DNA of 64,000 bases from Octopus sinensis (lineage: Eukaryota). This document shows positions 1-11,760 of this stretch, piece after piece. Location of the stretch: contig NC_043001.1 of the NCBI RefSeq assembly GCF_006345805.1, positions 47,864,001 through 47,928,000 on the forward strand, read 5' to 3'. The position numbers were made by a program, and so were the translations under genes. Within the stretch, counting starts at the first letter, position 1; every line of letters begins with the position of its first letter. The notes under the pieces were generated by a model that was not told the DNA's origin, searched no databases, and saw only the letters and a list, made by a program, of their open reading frames with translations.

Positions 1-7
1 TGCATCT

Positions 8-1177
8 ATTATTATTATTATGTTTTTCCTTCTTTCTTCAAATTTTCTTCCGTTTCTCATGAGTGTTTTCCATACACCTAGGGCAGATAAGCTCATTGTA
101 TGCTTTCCCAGATTACACGCGCTAATTCACAGATAAAATATGTATTCAAAAATTAATAAATAAATAAATTCATGGATGGATGTTGTTTTCACAGCGATAG
201 TGCTCTTCTCAGTACATGAGCCGTTCCAGTTAATACGAATTTTTGCACTTCCTGTAGGGATGGTAAGCCTGGAATCATTTTCAAATAGGTTTCAGTAGTA
301 CCTTTCTTTTATCATTCCTAGAGATCCTACAATCACTGGTACTGTAGTCGCCTTGAGATGCCACATTTTTTCAATTTCTATTAGCAAGTTTTTATATTCA
401 CTAATCTTGTCAAATTCCTTCGCCGCTATAATGTGATCGCAAGGAATACTCATGTCAATTAATAAACACATCTTTTTTGTCTGATCTTTTATAATAATAT
501 CCGGTTTATTAGCTTTTATAGTCTTGTCGGTCTGTACGGGGAAGTCCCATAGAATCGACACATTTTCTCCCTCAGTCACAGCTTCAGGATGGTGTTTATA
601 CCGTTTGTCAGCGGTTTTGATTTTATAATGCCAACATATTGTCCAATGTAAATACTGGCCGACTCTGTCATGTCTTGCTTTATATTCTGCAGGTGCTAAG
701 ACTCTACACCCTGAGATTAGGTGGTCTATTGTTTCAATCGCATTGTTACAGAATCGGCATTTTGGGTCAGCTCCATTTTTTATCACATTGGCTTGGTAGT
801 TCCGGGTTAATAAACTTTGGTCTTGAACAACTAATATGAAACCTTCACTCTCTGCTTTTAGCCTTGAGCTTCGTAACCATTGGTGCGTGTGTTTCTGGTC
901 GACATCAGCTTGTTTGCTACGGGCCACATACTTGCCATGGAGAGATTTCTGTTCCCATCTGCTAGATAATTTTTCATGTGCTTTTGTCTTTGAAATTAAT
1001 TTTATTTTCTTTGTAGCAGCAGTTGGCGCATTTCCTTCAGCCTGATCAATCTGATGGGTATCTAAGAGATCAGCAGCAAATGTTTTGCTCTCTTTGAGAA
1101 TAGAGTGAAGTTTTTTCAGTCTTTCATGTTTTTCAAGAAGTTTTAGCATCCAATCGTTGGTTGCTTCAAGGTATTTT
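8..1177 (-). mobile_element. 5'-truncated R4/Dong-type (restriction-like endonuclease) non-LTR retrotransposon: ORF C-terminus, 3' UTR and (TAA)n tail
   Basis: Minus ORF 292-1149 carries a CCHC zinc knuckle (CRFC...TIDHLISGC) and REL motifs YKARHDRV, KPDIII, DMSIP, KISEY; the 3' UTR runs to a (TAA)n tail at ~8-21. Confidence 0.85.
292..1149 (-). pseudogene. C-terminal ORF remnant (zinc knuckle + PD-(D/E)xK REL endonuclease) of the R4/Dong-type LINE
   Basis: 285-aa ORF: SEGFILVVQDQSLLTRNYQ...KCRFC...DHLISGC...RHDRVG...LWDFPVQTDKTIKANKPDIII. No RT is present and the start is truncated. Confidence 0.8.
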
Positions 1178-2830
1178 ATTTATTTACTGGTCATGATTCA
1201 AGAACCCTGCGAATAATTCATGCTATGTCGATTATCATACATATTCTTTCGTTTTTATTCACCACAGCAATGTCCGATTTCCGATGTCTGGTCGGGCGAT
1301 CGCACTGGATCATTGTATCCCACAGAATTTTGCAATTCTCATTTTCGGTGACTCATACCATGTCTTTGCTTTTTGTAGACCGTGATTTCCACAGAGCTCC
1401 CAAGGGATCATTCTCGCCACATTATCATGGCATCTTTTGTATTCGCGTTGTGGCAATTTCAGGCATTCGCTAACGATGTTTTACCCCTCACACCATACAT
1501 TCTGCGTTTGTCGCAATCAGTAGTGTTGTCTATTCTGCACTTCATATAGTTGGTCCTTAACGCCTGTTCCTGAGCTGCGTATATGAGTGTTTCTGTTTCT
1601 ATCTTCATGTCACGCCTCCTCATCCATAGCCACCGGTCATCTGTATCTGTCTTGGCCTTCACATTTCTTGAAAATTGGCCGTACATTTTCTTTTCTTTTC
1701 ATGCTTTTTTTGTTCATTTCTTGTTTAAATTTTTCTTTAGTTACACTATTTTCAGCTTTGATGACGCCATCCTTGTTCGTGTGTTTCAACAGTGACTCCA
1801 CGGCATTTTTTATATACCACACTAAGCTGTTTTCCTTTGCTTCTATACAGTCCTGACAACTGATCAAACCTCTCCTACCCTTTCTTCTGGATAAATACAG
1901 CCTATTGGTGTCACTCTTAGGGTGGAGGGCTCCGTTCATTGTCAACATTTTTCTCGGTATCCATTTTCTTCATTTCTCTCTTTTGCCATTTTGTAATTCC
2001 CGCTCTATACCGAAGTGTTTCTATCGCTCACGTATTAACTGCTCGGATTTTATTCCATCCGGTCAATTTTGAGCACAACACCAACCTCAGTCTTCGGAAA
2101 TACCCCATCCTCAGTTGCTCTTTTATTTTCATTTCCATTATCTCGCTGAACTCTAATACACCATGGTATTTGTATTCTTCCGTTTCATTTTGTTTAATCA
2201 AGTCTCTATTCAGTAATTCTATTCCTTCTAGGGACTGTACCTTGCCTCTTTTTAGGTAGACTATTCCGCACTTCTTGAGCCCAAATTCCATTCTCATATA
2301 AGTACTAAAATAGTGGACTGTGTTCATCTAGGAACTCACTTATGTCCCATCTTTTCTATATAGTTTCAAATCATCCATGAAGAAGGGGTAGTTGATTGTT
2401 TGAGATTTTCCCTTTAGTTGGTCCCTCAGGTTCATTTTCTTAGGTACCAAGGTCGGAGAACAAAAAGCAACGGAGATAGGCTATCACCCTGGAAAATCCC
2501 TCTTGTAATACCCAGGTTGCTCAAGCTTTTTCCGTAAGATGTCAGTTCAGTTTTCCATCCCACCATACTTCTCTTCAGGAAGCCCGTTACGTTCCTCGCA
2601 ATTCCAAACAGATCTAAGCACTCGATGATCCACGAATCATATAAGTTTTGCGACAATCAATCCAAGCCCTTCCCAGATTTGTTCTCCTTCGGTTACAATC
2701 TTGCATTGCCATTTTGTCTGTCAATATTTGATCATTGGTACTTCTGAATCTCCTTTACAGCCTAGTTGTTCCGGCGGTAATATAACGTTTTCATCAAGAA
2801 ATTTAAACAGTTCTTCTGCAATTCCTCCTG
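1178..2830 (-). mobile_element. Degraded R4/Dong-type LINE (RT through REL endonuclease), frameshifted
   Basis: Minus frames give LFKFLDENVILPPEQLGC, GIFQGDSLSPLLFVL, FMDDLKLY (~2350-2380), MEFGLKKCG, YAAQEQALRTNY, HIVSEC...YKRCHDNVARMIPWELC and a terminal IIRRVLES* near 1185. Confidence 0.85.
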
Positions 2831-3400
2831 ATATATATCGACAAGAGGAGGGTTTAGCTATGGGCTCGCCATTATCACCGGTAAAAACCAATATGTACAT
2901 GGAATACTTTGAGAATTTGGCTTTAGGATCAACACCACTAAAACCAACATTATAGCTACGATATGTTGATGACACCTTTATACTCTGGCACCACCAGTAA
3001 GATGTCCAAGTGCTGTTAGATAATGTGAACTCAATAAAGCTATCCATACAGTTCACAATGGAAAAGGAAAAAGACAATCAGATTGCATTCCTGAACGTAT
3101 TAATGACACGCACCAAGTATGGATTCAGGACATCCGTATACCGCAAGCCGACCTTTACTGGACGATACCTCAATTTCAATTCCTACCATCTATACAGTGT
3201 AAAGAGAGGGATTGCTCAGTGCTTAAAACACCGTGCAAAGAATATGAGTAGCGAACGTGATACACACCACGAAGAAATGATCAAGCTCAATAACGATCGG
3301 TTAAGCAACAACTACTTCAAAAGAATACTATCCACTCCAATTATGAAAAAGAGAGAAGATAAGACCGAAAACTGTTCACAGTCTGTCTACCCTATGTGAA
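2831..3400 (+). mobile_element. Penelope-like element (PLE) reverse-transcriptase fragment
   Basis: Plus frame YRQEEGLAMGSPLSP...LRYVDDTF...FTMEKEKDNQIAFL...VYRKPTFTGRYLNFNSYH...VKRG: PLE-type RT and thumb motifs, with in-frame stops. Confidence 0.85.
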
Positions 3401-3539
3401 AGCCTTTCCGACACAAGTCAACAATGCTTGGACAGTGAACGAGGGCGTGCAGAACGGGTTCGTCACTCTGCGCGCAACTCGGACAAGTCCGTCTGCCAGC
3501 GCATCCGTGCTTATAGAGCTTGTCTCGAACCGGTAGGGG

Positions 3540-3735
3540 ATGGGTCAATTACATCGACTCTAGCGCATAACTGGTACATCGACTCCAGTGCGTAACTGGT
3601 ACTTAATTTATCGACCCCAAAAGGACGAAGAGCAAAGTCGACCACGGCGGAATTTGAACTCAGAACGTAGCGGCAGACGAAATACCGCAAAGCACTTTGT
3701 CCGGTATGCTAACGATTCTGCCAGCTCGCTGCCTT
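3540..3735 (-). mobile_element. tRNA-derived SINE, family A (head AAGGCGGCGAGCTGGCAGAATCGTTAG)
   Basis: Reverse complement contains A-box TGGCAGAATCGTTAG, B-box GAGTTCAAATTCC and the shared body ...GTCGACTTTGC..TCCTTT.GGGGTCGATAAATTAAGTACCAGT; internal 24-bp duplication at ~3552-3600. Confidence 0.8.
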
Positions 3736-3737
3736 AC

Positions 3738-3815
<78 letters not shown>

Positions 3816-3823
3816 TAAAAAAA

Positions 3824-3863
<40 letters not shown>

Positions 3864-3892
3864 TAATAATAATAATATTCATTATTATTATA
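3738..3892. repeat. (AAT)n microsatellite
   Basis: Direct reading. Confidence 0.95.
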
Positions 3893-3899
3893 AATGAAT

Positions 3900-4070
3900 C
3901 CATTCATGAATTTATTTATTTGTTAATTTTTAAATACATATTTTATCTGTGAATTTGCGCGTGTAATCTGGGAATGCATATAATGAGCTTCTCTGCCCTT
4001 GGTGTACGTAAAACCCTCGGCGAGAAACGAAGGACAATTTGAAGAAAGAAGGAAACAAACAATAATAAAG
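3900..4070 (+). mobile_element. Solo 3' UTR of the R4/Dong-type LINE at 8-1177 (inverted relative to it)
   Basis: TTTTATCTGTGAATTTGCGCGTGTAATCTGGGAATGCATATAATGAGCTT...AATTTGAAGAAAGAAGGAAAC matches the reverse complement of ~10-175. Confidence 0.8.
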
Positions 4071-4164
4071 CCCATTTCGAAAAACATTCTTCGATCGGAA
4101 TAACGATTTATCAGCACGATAAATATATTTTAAAGTTTTGACAAGCTCGTCAACTTTGTGGAGA

Positions 4165-4338
4165 GGGAGCAAGTCAACTACATCGGCTCCAGTACTTAGC
4201 TGGTACATTATTTTATCGATATTGTAAGACTGAAAGACAAATATAACCTCCACAACATTTGAACTAGGAATGTAAAGATCCAGAAGAAATGTCGCTAAGC
4301 ATTTTGTCCGACACGCTAACGGTTCTGCCAGCTCGCTG
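4165..4338 (-). mobile_element. SINE family A copy (diverged)
   Basis: ...ATTTGAACT...GCTAAGCATTTTGTCCG...GCTAACGGTTCTGCCAGCTCGC, the reverse complement of the family head. Confidence 0.7.
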
Positions 4339-4796
4339 GTTTTTGCATAAATAAACAAATCAATAAATCATCTTTAGTAAAATCTGTTTGTAGACCTTGC
4401 ACGCACAAATAAATACGCACGCGCATGCAGCATACCATGCATACATACATACATACATACATACATACATGCATATAATCATACATATACACATGCATGC
4501 ATGCATACATATGTATAAAGTACAAGAAGCAACTCCGTGCATGTTCCTTTGTTCTTCTGATATCCTCAATCAGTCATAGCTTTTACCGTATTCGTTGAAG
4601 TGCAATAATATCGGCTAATGTGTATTTCCACTCGCCAGAAATATTTGCTTCGTGTTATCTTTTCCGTATTCCGTGCAATAAATACGCTAACACTAACTTA
4701 ATTCACGTGGAAGATGTCTCTGGAACATCAGAATAAAAACGTAGTGGAGATGTATCCGACCAAGTATTTTACTGACGCAACAATGCTTATTTTAAT

Positions 4797-4797
4797 T

Positions 4798-4839
<42 letters not shown>

Positions 4840-4922
4840 GTGTGTGTGTATGCATAAATGTGTATATATGTATATATATATATATGTGTATATATATATA
4901 TATATACATTTATATATATATA

Positions 4923-4974
<52 letters not shown>

Positions 4975-5000
4975 ATATGTATATCTGTATTTATGTGTGT
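4797..5000. repeat. Compound (AT)n/(GT)n microsatellite
   Basis: Direct reading. Confidence 0.9.
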
Positions 5001-5727
5001 ATAAGATGAAAGACATCTTATCAATAATAGGTTTTATTTTAACGGCAACATATGAAAACTTTGCCAAAGAAAACAGCTGTAAAAGACGATAAGCGTTGAT
5101 TAAAGCCATGCAATGAACGAAATACAAGCCAAACTTCTTCTAATAGAAGTGGTATGCGTTTTAAATACTCAAGTTACCGAATTTAATAATGTTTTAACAT
5201 TGGCACAAAACCAGGAATTTAAGAGAAGAAAGTATAGTTAATTCAATCAGCACCAATGCTTGACTGGTACTTGTTTTATCGACAAAAGAGGGATAAAAAT
5301 TCAAAGCAAGTCGATTACAGTGACATTTCAACTTTGAACATAAAACCAAGGACGGATCCTCGCAAAGCAATTTAGTTCAACTTTTATCTGCCGGCCATTG
5401 CATTCCAATTACGAATTTAGTAAACCAATTAATTTTAAAATCCATCCTTTCCCACAGTAATTAAATTTGGTATGAGTTAATCTGCCAAATCGTTTTCCTG
5501 CTATAATCCGTTAATCGAGCACTTACAAAAACGTTCTTTTTGACATGTTTTAATTTTATATAGTGTGAGAATATTACAAATAATTTATGATTCTTCAAAC
5601 AATATTTGAATAAAAGTAATTTCTATGAGCAATAAAAGGTTTTTAGATACAAAACACGGCTGAAGTTGCAAAAATAAGCTCAGCCGTACAAAATAAGAAA
5701 ATACACCCTCATGTATATGCATATAAA

Positions 5728-5926
5728 GATAAATAGTTAGACAGACAGACAGATAGACAGACAGATAGATAGATAGATAGAGAGAGAGATAGATAGATAC
5801 CTGCTTACATACATACATACGTACGTACATACATACATACGTATATACATACATACATACATACATACATACATACATACATACGTACATACGTACACAC
5901 ACACACACACACCACACACACACACA

Positions 5927-5996
<70 letters not shown>
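5728..5996. repeat. Compound (GACA)/(GATA)/(CATA)/(CA)/(AT) microsatellite
   Basis: Direct reading; explains the spurious ORFs at 5585-6041. Confidence 0.9.
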
Positions 5997-6569
5997 CTCA
6001 AACTTCATTCTTCGAAAGGTTTTGATGTTTTGGATCTTCAAATTCTAATTCTTTTTAAAAACAGAATATTTAAAACGGATGGAAACCAAATGCTTTTATG
6101 AAATAATTGTATCAAAGAAAGAAAATAGTCAAAATTAATGACATAACATCAGAGAAAAATGGCATAAATGCAAGCCGAACATGGAAGCATGTTCGGATTG
6201 CATTTATGTCAATGATACGGCCATTAGTATTGATGGATATCAAATAATTCTCTCCCGTTGTATGACAACGTTTTGCTTTATTCTCACACTGTTGAGGGAA
6301 TTATAAAAGGGAAATTAAATAATCAATTATGGTTCGTGTGATAATACATTGTGGATGCAGCCTGAAAAAGATTGAGTGCATTCTCGATGGATCAATGAGG
6401 TTATTAAAAAATAATAGCGCAACGGTTTTTTTTTTCTATTTTGCCTTTGTTCGATTTTTGTTGTTGTCGTTGTTAATGGTGGAGTTGGCAATAACATCGA
6501 CGATCCTCTACAGAATATCTCAGCATTATTTTAGATGAATCGCACAATTTTTCAAGAAAATGAAAATAC

Positions 6570-6628
<59 letters not shown>

Positions 6629-6660
6629 CAATAACAATAACAACAACAACAGTAATAATG

Positions 6661-6691
<31 letters not shown>

Positions 6692-6693
6692 CA

Positions 6694-6736
<43 letters not shown>

Positions 6737-6845
6737 CAACAATAACAACAACAACAGTAATAATAATGATAATAATAATAATAATAATAATAATAATATA
6801 ATAATATAATAATATAATAATAACAACAATAATAGCAATAATAAC

Positions 6846-6886
<41 letters not shown>

Positions 6887-6918
6887 CAATAACAATAACA
6901 ACAACAACAGTAATAATG

Positions 6919-6975
<57 letters not shown>
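6570..6975. repeat. (AAT/AAC)n microsatellite with higher-order duplicated variant blocks
   Basis: The ACAACAACAGTAATAAT motif recurs at ~6640, ~6685, ~6750 and ~6900, three times followed by a GATAAT variant. Confidence 0.9.
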
Positions 6976-7706
6976 TCAAAAGCGAATTTGCTTGTGACTG
7001 AAATTTTTGCACCGTCAGAAAGATTTCACGGTTGACATCGACACACCAACACTACAAAGATCATTAATTCAATATTATTTCAACTAATGTAGCATTGCAT
7101 TCTGCCATTGAATCATCATCGTAGAAAACAAGAGACAATCCAAATCTTTAAAACAAAATTATTCTAACGAAATATTTTAGACAAAGGGAGAGAGAGAGTG
7201 AGAGAGAGGGAGAGAATGTATAATCAAAATATCAGCTATAAATTTAATAACTAAGCAACATAGAAACCGAGAATTAAGTTTACAGGTGGTGTTTAAAATC
7301 AATACTAATAACACACGTTGTTGGTTGTTGCTTGGTCACGCTAAAAATGTCACGCTACCTTATATGGAATTAATGAATATGTTAGGTTTGTAATTAATTG
7401 CGAGTAGAATATAAAATAGTTGCTATTGTTACCCGTAACATATATTTATTACAAATATACAAATTAGCCGTTTTATTCGATTTTATTTTAATTTAATAAC
7501 TATTTTTGTTTTGAAAATTAGTATTCATTTCATTATGTTATACGAACGCCATGAAATTTTATAACAGTAAAATTATAATTATTATACCAATATAACATTA
7601 CCTGATATTAATCACATTAGTAAAAGTAAATTCTCGTCGAATAACGGGTAAAAAGTTAATTAAATCATTATTTATGTCCAGTGCTTTAATTTGTGGATAC
7701 AAACAT

Positions 7707-8075
7707 GGCAGTGGGTGTTAAAATCTGTACGGTCTGGAAAAAAATGGTCGGGTAGCCAATTTGGAAGAGCAGTGCACAAAAAGGGGCTGATTACAGAACA
7801 GATAGAACGGTGTACAGAATGGTGGTAGGTTGGAGATTCAGTAGAGCAGCACTCAAAATTGGAGGGGGGTGGTGATAAAACCGGTAGAGCAATTAAGAAA
7901 ACGGCTGTGTCTGGCAGATTCGTTAGAGTAGTGGGAAAAATGGGGGTCGTTTGTAGAACAGTCAGGCGAGCGAAGAAAATGGTGGTAGATAGTGGAATTG
8001 GTAAAGCAACAGACTAAATGCCCGAGTGTTATTATTTAGTTGTGCTCCTTTATGCTGAGCTTTTAAAATTCCGGT
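7707..8075 (+). repeat. Degenerate ~39-bp tandem array resembling the SINE family A 5' module
   Basis: Units start at 7707, 7746, 7783, 7821, 7861, 7903, 7942 and 7981 (spacing 37-42 bp). Unit 7903 GGCTGTGTCTGGCAGATTCGTTAGAGTAGTGGGAAAAAT resembles the SINE head. Confidence 0.55.
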
Positions 8076-8169
8076 TGTCGAAGTTGCGTATGGAAGGCCA
8101 TCAGTAAAGATCACCAGAAATCTTGAATATCAGCATTTGTTGAGACTTCGGGGCGGCTTTGTTGTTAAT

Positions 8170-8520
8170 GGGGTCATTTATAAAGTTTCTGATAACTGGG
8201 CGCCTTATTCCTAATTTGCTGAAGGGACTCCGGAATTTTCCCAACTGACCTGATTATTGCATGTTCACTGTCAGACCGGAGAAGGACAATTTTAGGTTCC
8301 ACCACGCTGATGGCGTATATTTTGGCAGTTCTTATAGATTTTATAAGGTCCATCATACGGATCTGGTGCCGAAGTACATCTCGCTATCTTTACCCCATCT
8401 TCCACTTCACTCAAATAGAGCTTCTTTAGATTGACTTCTCCTCTTGGCTCTAGTGGTATTCTTACCACATTAGAAGAACCCAACGGGTGGTCGTTTCTGA
8501 TGTCCCTATAAATGCATTTG
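8170..8520 (-). mobile_element. Degraded R2/NeSL-type LINE fragment (region N-terminal to RT)
   Basis: Minus frame PLEPRGEVNLKKLYLSEVEDGVKIARCTSAPDPYDGPYKIYKNC resembles the E-V-x(6)-AR-x-x-SAPGP-x-G-x-PY-x-x-YK-x-C motif of REL-class LINE RTs. Confidence 0.5.
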
Positions 8521-8892
8521 ATATCACCGTTGATGGCACGCTACGACTAAGTTAAGAGATTGCTTTTCTTTTCACAAAGCAGTTGTTTTGTCAACTTATA
8601 TATGGGCTAGCTAGGGATGCATGTATTTTTGTTTTTACCCCCCAGAGCTCCTTCATGTGGTATGCCCGAAAATCTGCTAGAACCGCCTGTTTACCTTGCT
8701 CTATTGTACAGCCTCTTGAATAGTTTCAGCTATTCTCTGAAACACTGGATTTTCTGTACTCTGTATTTTGGCACTTTGACTGACGGTACTATTTTGGCGT
8801 CTCTATCTCAAATTGCTCTTCTACGTCTTTCCTCGGTTAAATAAATAAAACACTAGCGCAGGGCATTATCTTGCAGTATTTGTTGTTACTCT

Positions 8893-8937
8893 TAGCGTTC
8901 TGATGAACATTTCTGTGAGAACAACAGGGTCACGCTA
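8893..8937 (+). ncRNA. Hammerhead-ribozyme-like motif (variant or degenerate type I) in an unclassified repeat (~8855-9070)
   Basis: TAGCGT-T-CTGATGA-ACA[TTTC]TGT-GAGA-AC[AACAGG]GT-C-ACGCTA: perfect 6-bp stem I, CUGAUGA core and GUC site, but an extra U and GAGA in place of GAA. Confidence 0.4.
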
Positions 8938-9796
8938 TACTGGACCCCATCTTTCCTTTAAACATCAGTGGTGCGGAGAGGGGAGAATAGCTACTGCTTT
9001 TACATAAACCTTGCCCAAGACTGCGCCATGGACAGAATCTCTTTCTAAATGCAGATCACTATTATCACGAGGTTTACTGTCCTGCCCGCTATGTTGGCTT
9101 CAGTGAAATTTCATAGACAGAAGACCTCAGATACTGATATGAATTTAGACAGTTCATAAATTGTACACTCTAGACAGGGCATCCCCTTGCCCCACCGTTT
9201 GTATATATATATGTGTGTGCGCGTGTGTGTGTGCGTGTGTGTCTGCGCGCATTATGTATGTGTGTATATGTTTGGGTATGTATGTATGTGTTTGTGTGTG
9301 CATGTATATATATTTGTGCCTATGTGTGTATGTTCACATCTGTACTGTATGCACACACGTATATGCATATATAGATATACATACATAAATATTGAGACAT
9401 ACTTGCATACACATATACACACATATACACATAACTTAACTTTCCATCCTCCTCGCTTCCCGTCGACAAATCAACCGATATCTCATAAAGGCGATAGTGC
9501 GAATTGATATTAGTTTTGTAACAGTATGATAATTATTTATCGCCTTCGTCTCTGTGTAATAATCAAACTTCTACTGTTGATTGACTTTTGTAAGATTCTC
9601 AATGGTCTGTACACAGAATGGAATTAATCTATTTAATATGTCTCAGTCTTCATTTTGATTTTCATAAACAACCATCTTCGTGTATTCTTGTGGTGCTCGT
9701 CATTTTGTCTGCTTTAATAATAAATAAATCTTTAGTGATCCGAACATATAATAATAATCGTTGCAAACTTTAGCACAAGATTAGTAATTTTGAGGG

Positions 9797-9972
9797 TGGG
9801 GATTAGTCATTACATCGACTCTAGTGCTCAACTAGTACTTATTTTATCGACCACGAAATGGTGAAAGACAAAGTCGACCTCGGTGGAATTTGAACACATA
9901 ATGTAAAGAGCCAGGAGAAATGCCGTTAAGCATTTTGTACGGCACACTGACGATCCAGTTAGTTTGCTGCCT
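9797..9972 (-). mobile_element. SINE family A copy
   Basis: TTATCGACCACGAAATGGTGAAAGACAAAGTCGACCTCGGTGGAATTTGAAC...CCGTTAAGCATTTTG. Confidence 0.75.
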
Positions 9973-10214
9973 CCGAAAGTATAATAAATAAGAATGTTTT
10001 CTAACTTTCCCACACTGTGTCTAATGCTACAGAGGGTGTATTAACCGACTGAAAAAAAACCCCTGTTAATTAAGTGGAATGTGATGTTGGTGTGTAATAT
10101 TTCAGGGAATTAAACGCCTCAGCCTTGCATACTTAAGAACCTGCCTTATGATATACGTTGCTTTAAAGATAAGAACTAAGGCTTGTATTAAAGCCAAGAT
10201 CTAAAACTCTAAAG

Positions 10215-11760
10215 CAGGGGTTCCAAACCTGGTCCATGTGGACCATTGGGTGGTCCACAGGAAAATCCAGGTGGCTCACAGGAAAATTCAGATGGCCTGT
10301 GGAAAATTTTCTGTACTACACGCACATGTCGAGCAAACGAAATCTGCCTCATCGCATATGCGTGAGCACATACGAGTGCATTCATTGCCAATTGGACGAT
10401 TAGCTATCCAATCGTACACGGACGCGTACCAGACAGGTACAGATGCATACAATCGGATCCACGTTTGCGCGCATTAAAAACACACAAAAATTGTGTTTTT
10501 GGTTGGTCAACGCGACCGTGTTTTCTAACTGACTTTTGAATTGAGGATTACTAACAAAACCGCAGTTCTTACAGCTCACCCAACATATTGTATTATCTCT
10601 CTAGGTAAAGACAATTTTTACGCAAGCATTACTCTAATTGTAATCTGCAGAAATTTTGCTGTTAGTGATATGGAAAAACGTCCCCTTAATTCTCCGCCCA
10701 CCAATGCGGAAAAAAGATTCTGTAGACGATATCACGAAGATTATATCAAATATGGCTTTGTATCCAGTGTATAAGATCTTTTTTTACCACTGTGTATTAT
10801 CTTCTCAAAAGTATTAAATAACGACTCAATGAAACCCTTGAAATTGTTGTATCATCTACAAAAAATTCCATCCTGGTTTATTTGGCAAGCCAAGTACCAT
10901 CGCAAAAAAATGTCTCATCTTCATCGCTCAAAAATGTCTTTCGTCCATACTAACAACCGTTCTGGTCTGCAGGCGTTCTATAACATTTCGCTCATGATAG
11001 AAAAACAGGGTCGCCCACATACAATTGGCGAAGATCTGATTAGGCCCTCCATATTTGAAGCATATAAAGTTGCTAATGTGCCGAACGCTGCCTCAGTTTA
11101 ACAAGTATTCCACTTTCAAACAACACTGTATCTTCCCGCATTTGTGAAATGACCGAAGATGTCGAATCCATAGTTGTAGAAGACTTGCGACACTGCAGAT
11201 TCTCGTTGACGGTGGATGACAGCACTTTTGACAACAAATGTGTTGTCCTTGCTTTTGAAAGGTACCACAGTTTGTGAAAACCTACTCTTTATGAAAACCG
11301 TACTGAAAAACACAGGAGAGACGATCTACAAAGCAGTCATGGATTATCTTACTAAAAATGGCATTGATCCCCTCAACCTCATAACAATATGCACTGACGT
11401 AGCACCGTCTATGATTGGAAAATCCAAGGGTTTTGTTGCCAGATGGATAGAATTTAATCCCATCTTCACAATTCATTGTGTTTCCCATTGAGAAAACATG
11501 ATAGCAAGAAGAGCCAGAAACAATATTTTCTGAAACCCTAAACTTAATTGCTTCCGCAGTTAAAAAAAAAAATCAAAAGATCTGCTCATCAAGACAGGCA
11601 TTTTCAAGAAGCTTGTAAAGATGAAATGTTCGACCGTCTGTTGTATTCGATAGATATACGCTGGCTATCAATGGGAAGTTGTCACGGACGTTTTGTAGCA
11701 CTTTTCGATAAAGTCATAGAGTTTCTTCAACAGACTGATCCACTATAACAGCATCACTTT
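10215..11760 (+). mobile_element. Degraded hAT DNA transposon (Buster/Charlie; ZBED5/8/SCAND3-like transposase), 3'-truncated
   Basis: Left TIR-like CAGGGGTTCCAAAC at 10215, preceded by CTCTAAAG (Charlie-type target). Frameshifted transposase motifs RRYHEDYIKYGF, NDSMKPLKL, GRPHTIGEDLIRP, IPLSNNTV, FSLTVDDST, ICTDVAPSMIG, IHCVSH, IRWLS. No right TIR found. Confidence 0.85.

Noticed and set aside
7707-8020. Regularly spaced ~39-bp units as a CRISPR array
   Set aside because: Eukaryotic context, no constant-repeat/unique-spacer alternation and no cas genes; the units resemble a SINE head.
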